In this document: positions 61,599 to 64,000 of the stretch, one piece after another
Layout: every line of letters starts with the position of its first letter
Numbering within the stretch: position 1 is the stretch's first letter
DNA from: Hypanus sabinus
Taxonomy: Eukaryota
Assembly: GCF_030144855.1 (NCBI RefSeq)
Contig: NC_082731.1
Span: 27,776,001-27,840,000, forward strand
DNA length: 64,000 bases
Reading direction: 5' to 3'
Notes under the pieces: model-generated
What the model saw: the letters and a program-made list of their open reading frames with translations, nothing else
Told to the model about the DNA's origin: nothing
The model's database searches: none
Made by a program: the position numbers and the translations under genes

Positions 61599-64000
61599 GT
61601 ATCTAAACTTAAATACTTATTACTGAGTGGAACAGCCACAGGTGTCTCTGCACAGGCTGTGCATTTCCCCTCCTTCTCCTGACAGTCATCCAGTTACCTG
61701 TCTCCTGCAACCATAGGGTAACTACCTCCCTGTAGCCCCTGTTTGTCACCTCCTCATTCTCCCGCATGAGCTGAAGATCATCGAGCTGCAGCTCCAGTTC
61801 CTCAATACATTCTCTCAATTGCTGTAACTCGGTGCATCTGGTGCAGATGTGTTCACCTGGAAGACTGGAGATCTCCCAGACTTCCCACATCCCGCACAGA
61901 GTGCAAAACACTGCCCCAGGAGCCATTCTCACTGACCTACCATGACCTAATAAATGAGGAATGAACAAATGGGAACAGAAAGAGAGAAACCTAATGGTCT
62001 TATGGAAGGTGGATCAGGGAATAAACCGAAGAAATTCATGAGACATATTCTCCCAGAAACAGAGCCTTGTTGACTAATCCTAATCAACCCCAGTTTTTTG
62101 AAATAGCTCTTAACCCTCAGAACTCCTCCATTAAGACCATATCATATAGGAGCAGAATTAGGCCATTTGGCCCATTAAGTCTGTTCTGCCACTTCATCAT
62201 GGCTGATCCACTTTCCCTCTCAGCCCCAATCTCTTGTCTGTTCCCCATATCCATTCATGCACTGATTAATCAAGAAAAATTAACCTCTGCCTTGAATATG
62301 TCCAGACTTGTCCTCCACAGCTGCCTGTGGCAGTGAATTCCACAGACTCTCTACGCTCTGCTGAAAAACATTTATCCTCATCTCCATTCGAAAAGGAGTC
62401 CCCTCTATTCTGTCCTTCAGTCTTAGACTCTCCCACTGTCCTCTCCTCATCCACTCTTATCAAGGCTTTTCAACATTTGATTGGTTTCAATAGGGTCACC
62501 CCTCATTCTTCTGAATTCCAGTGAGTACATGAAATGCTCTCCATATGACAAGCCTTTCAATCCCAGAATCATTTTTGTGAATCTCCTTTGAACTCTCCCC
62601 AATGTCAGCACATTCTTTCTCAGATAAGGAGCCCAAAAGTGCTCACAGTACTCCAAGTTGGGCCTCACCAATTCTTTCTAAAGCCTCAACATTACATCCT
62701 TGCTTTTATCTTGTAGTCCTCTTGGAATGAATGCTGACATCACATTTGCCTCCCTCACCAGCGACTCAACCTGCAAACTAAGCTTTAGGAAATCTCGTAC
62801 AAGGACTCCCAAGTTCCTTTGCATTTTTGAATTTTTTTGTCCATTCAGAAAACAGCCTTCCCTTTTATTTCTTCTATCAATGTGCATGGCCATACAATTC
62901 CAAACATTGTATTCCATCTGCCACTTCATTGACCATTCTCAGAATCTGTCTTAGTCCTTCTCTAGCAACTCTACTTCCTCAAAACTAACTGCCCCCCTTC
63001 ACCCATCTTGTATCAGTGCAAACATTGCTATAAAACCAACAATAACATCATCCAAGTCATTGACATTTTTCATTAAAAGAAGCAGTCCTACCACTAGTCA
63101 TCAGCAGCCAACCAGAAAAGGCTCCCTTTGTTCCCATTCTTTGCCTCATGACAATCAGCCACTTTATCCATGTGAGTGTCCTTCCTGGGCTTTCTTCATG
63201 GGCTCTTAACTTGTTAAGCAGCCTCGTGCGCAGCACCTTGTCAAATGCCTTCTGAAAATCCACCAATTCTCTTTTGTCTATTCTGCTTAATATTTCTTCA
63301 AAGAATTCCAACAGATTTCTAAGGCAAGGTTTTCCTTGAGAAAAATATGCTGACTGCAGCCTATTTTATCATCCGGAAACCAGCACCTTAGCAATCGACT
63401 CCAACATCTTCCCAACCCATGAAGTCAGAATAACTGCCCTGCTATTTCTTTTCTTCTGCCTCTCCCCATCTTGAAAAGTGGCGTGACAATTACAATTTTC
63501 CAGTCTTCTGCAACCATTCCAGAATCTAGTGATTTTTAAAAGATCGTTAGTAATGCATCCACAATCCTTTCAGCCACCTCCTTCAGAACCCTGTGGTGTA
63601 CACCATCTGGTCCAGGTGACTTACCTACTCTCAGACCTTTCAGTTTCTCAAGAACCTACTCCCTAGTAACGGCAGTGTGTCCCACTTCTGTCCCCTGACA
63701 TGCTTGAAGTTCCACCATGCTGTTAGTGTCTTCCACAGTGAAGATTGATGCATAATACTTCTTCAGTTTGTCCATGATTTCCTTGTTCCCTATTACTACC
63801 TCTTCAGCATCGTTTTCCAGTGGTCTGAGATCCACTCTCGCCTCTCTTTTGCATTTTATGTATCTGAAAAATCTTCTGGTATTCTCTTTAATATTAGCTA
63901 GCTTACTTTCATATTCCATCTTTTGCTTCTTTAAGACTTTTTTCATTGCCTTCTGATGGTTTTTAAAATCCTCCCAGTCTAACTTCCCACCAATTCTTGC
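61599..64000 (-). mobile_element. CR1 fragments (ORF1, 3' end, ORF2)
   Basis: FCTLCGMWEVWE...CTRCTELQQL (ORF1 zinc finger), MVRPNLEYCEHFWAP, DFQKAFDKV. Confidence 0.86.

Overview
Vertebrate genomic DNA, almost certainly from a cartilaginous fish and probably a ray or skate (inferred from the Ig segments and repeat families). Most of the window is decayed, nested transposable elements: CR1, Rex1/Babar, RTE and Tx1/L1 LINEs, Penelope-like elements, Ty3/Gypsy LTR elements, hAT DNA transposons and SINEs. Nearly all listed ORFs are fragments or antisense shadows of these. The only host gene is a minus-strand immunoglobulin heavy-chain mini-cluster at about 9.5-10.5 kb. It has a TATA box, a leader exon, an intact IgW-like V exon running into 12-14 extra D-like nucleotides, a 23-spacer RSS, and about 400 bp further on a single J with a 12-spacer RSS. 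This looks like a germline-joined VD-J cluster. No constant-region exon was found in the window. Penelope pseudo-LTRs carry minimal type I hammerhead ribozyme motifs, one of them intact. TE boundaries without a stated TSD or TIR are approximate. All identities were judged by eye and no database search was run.
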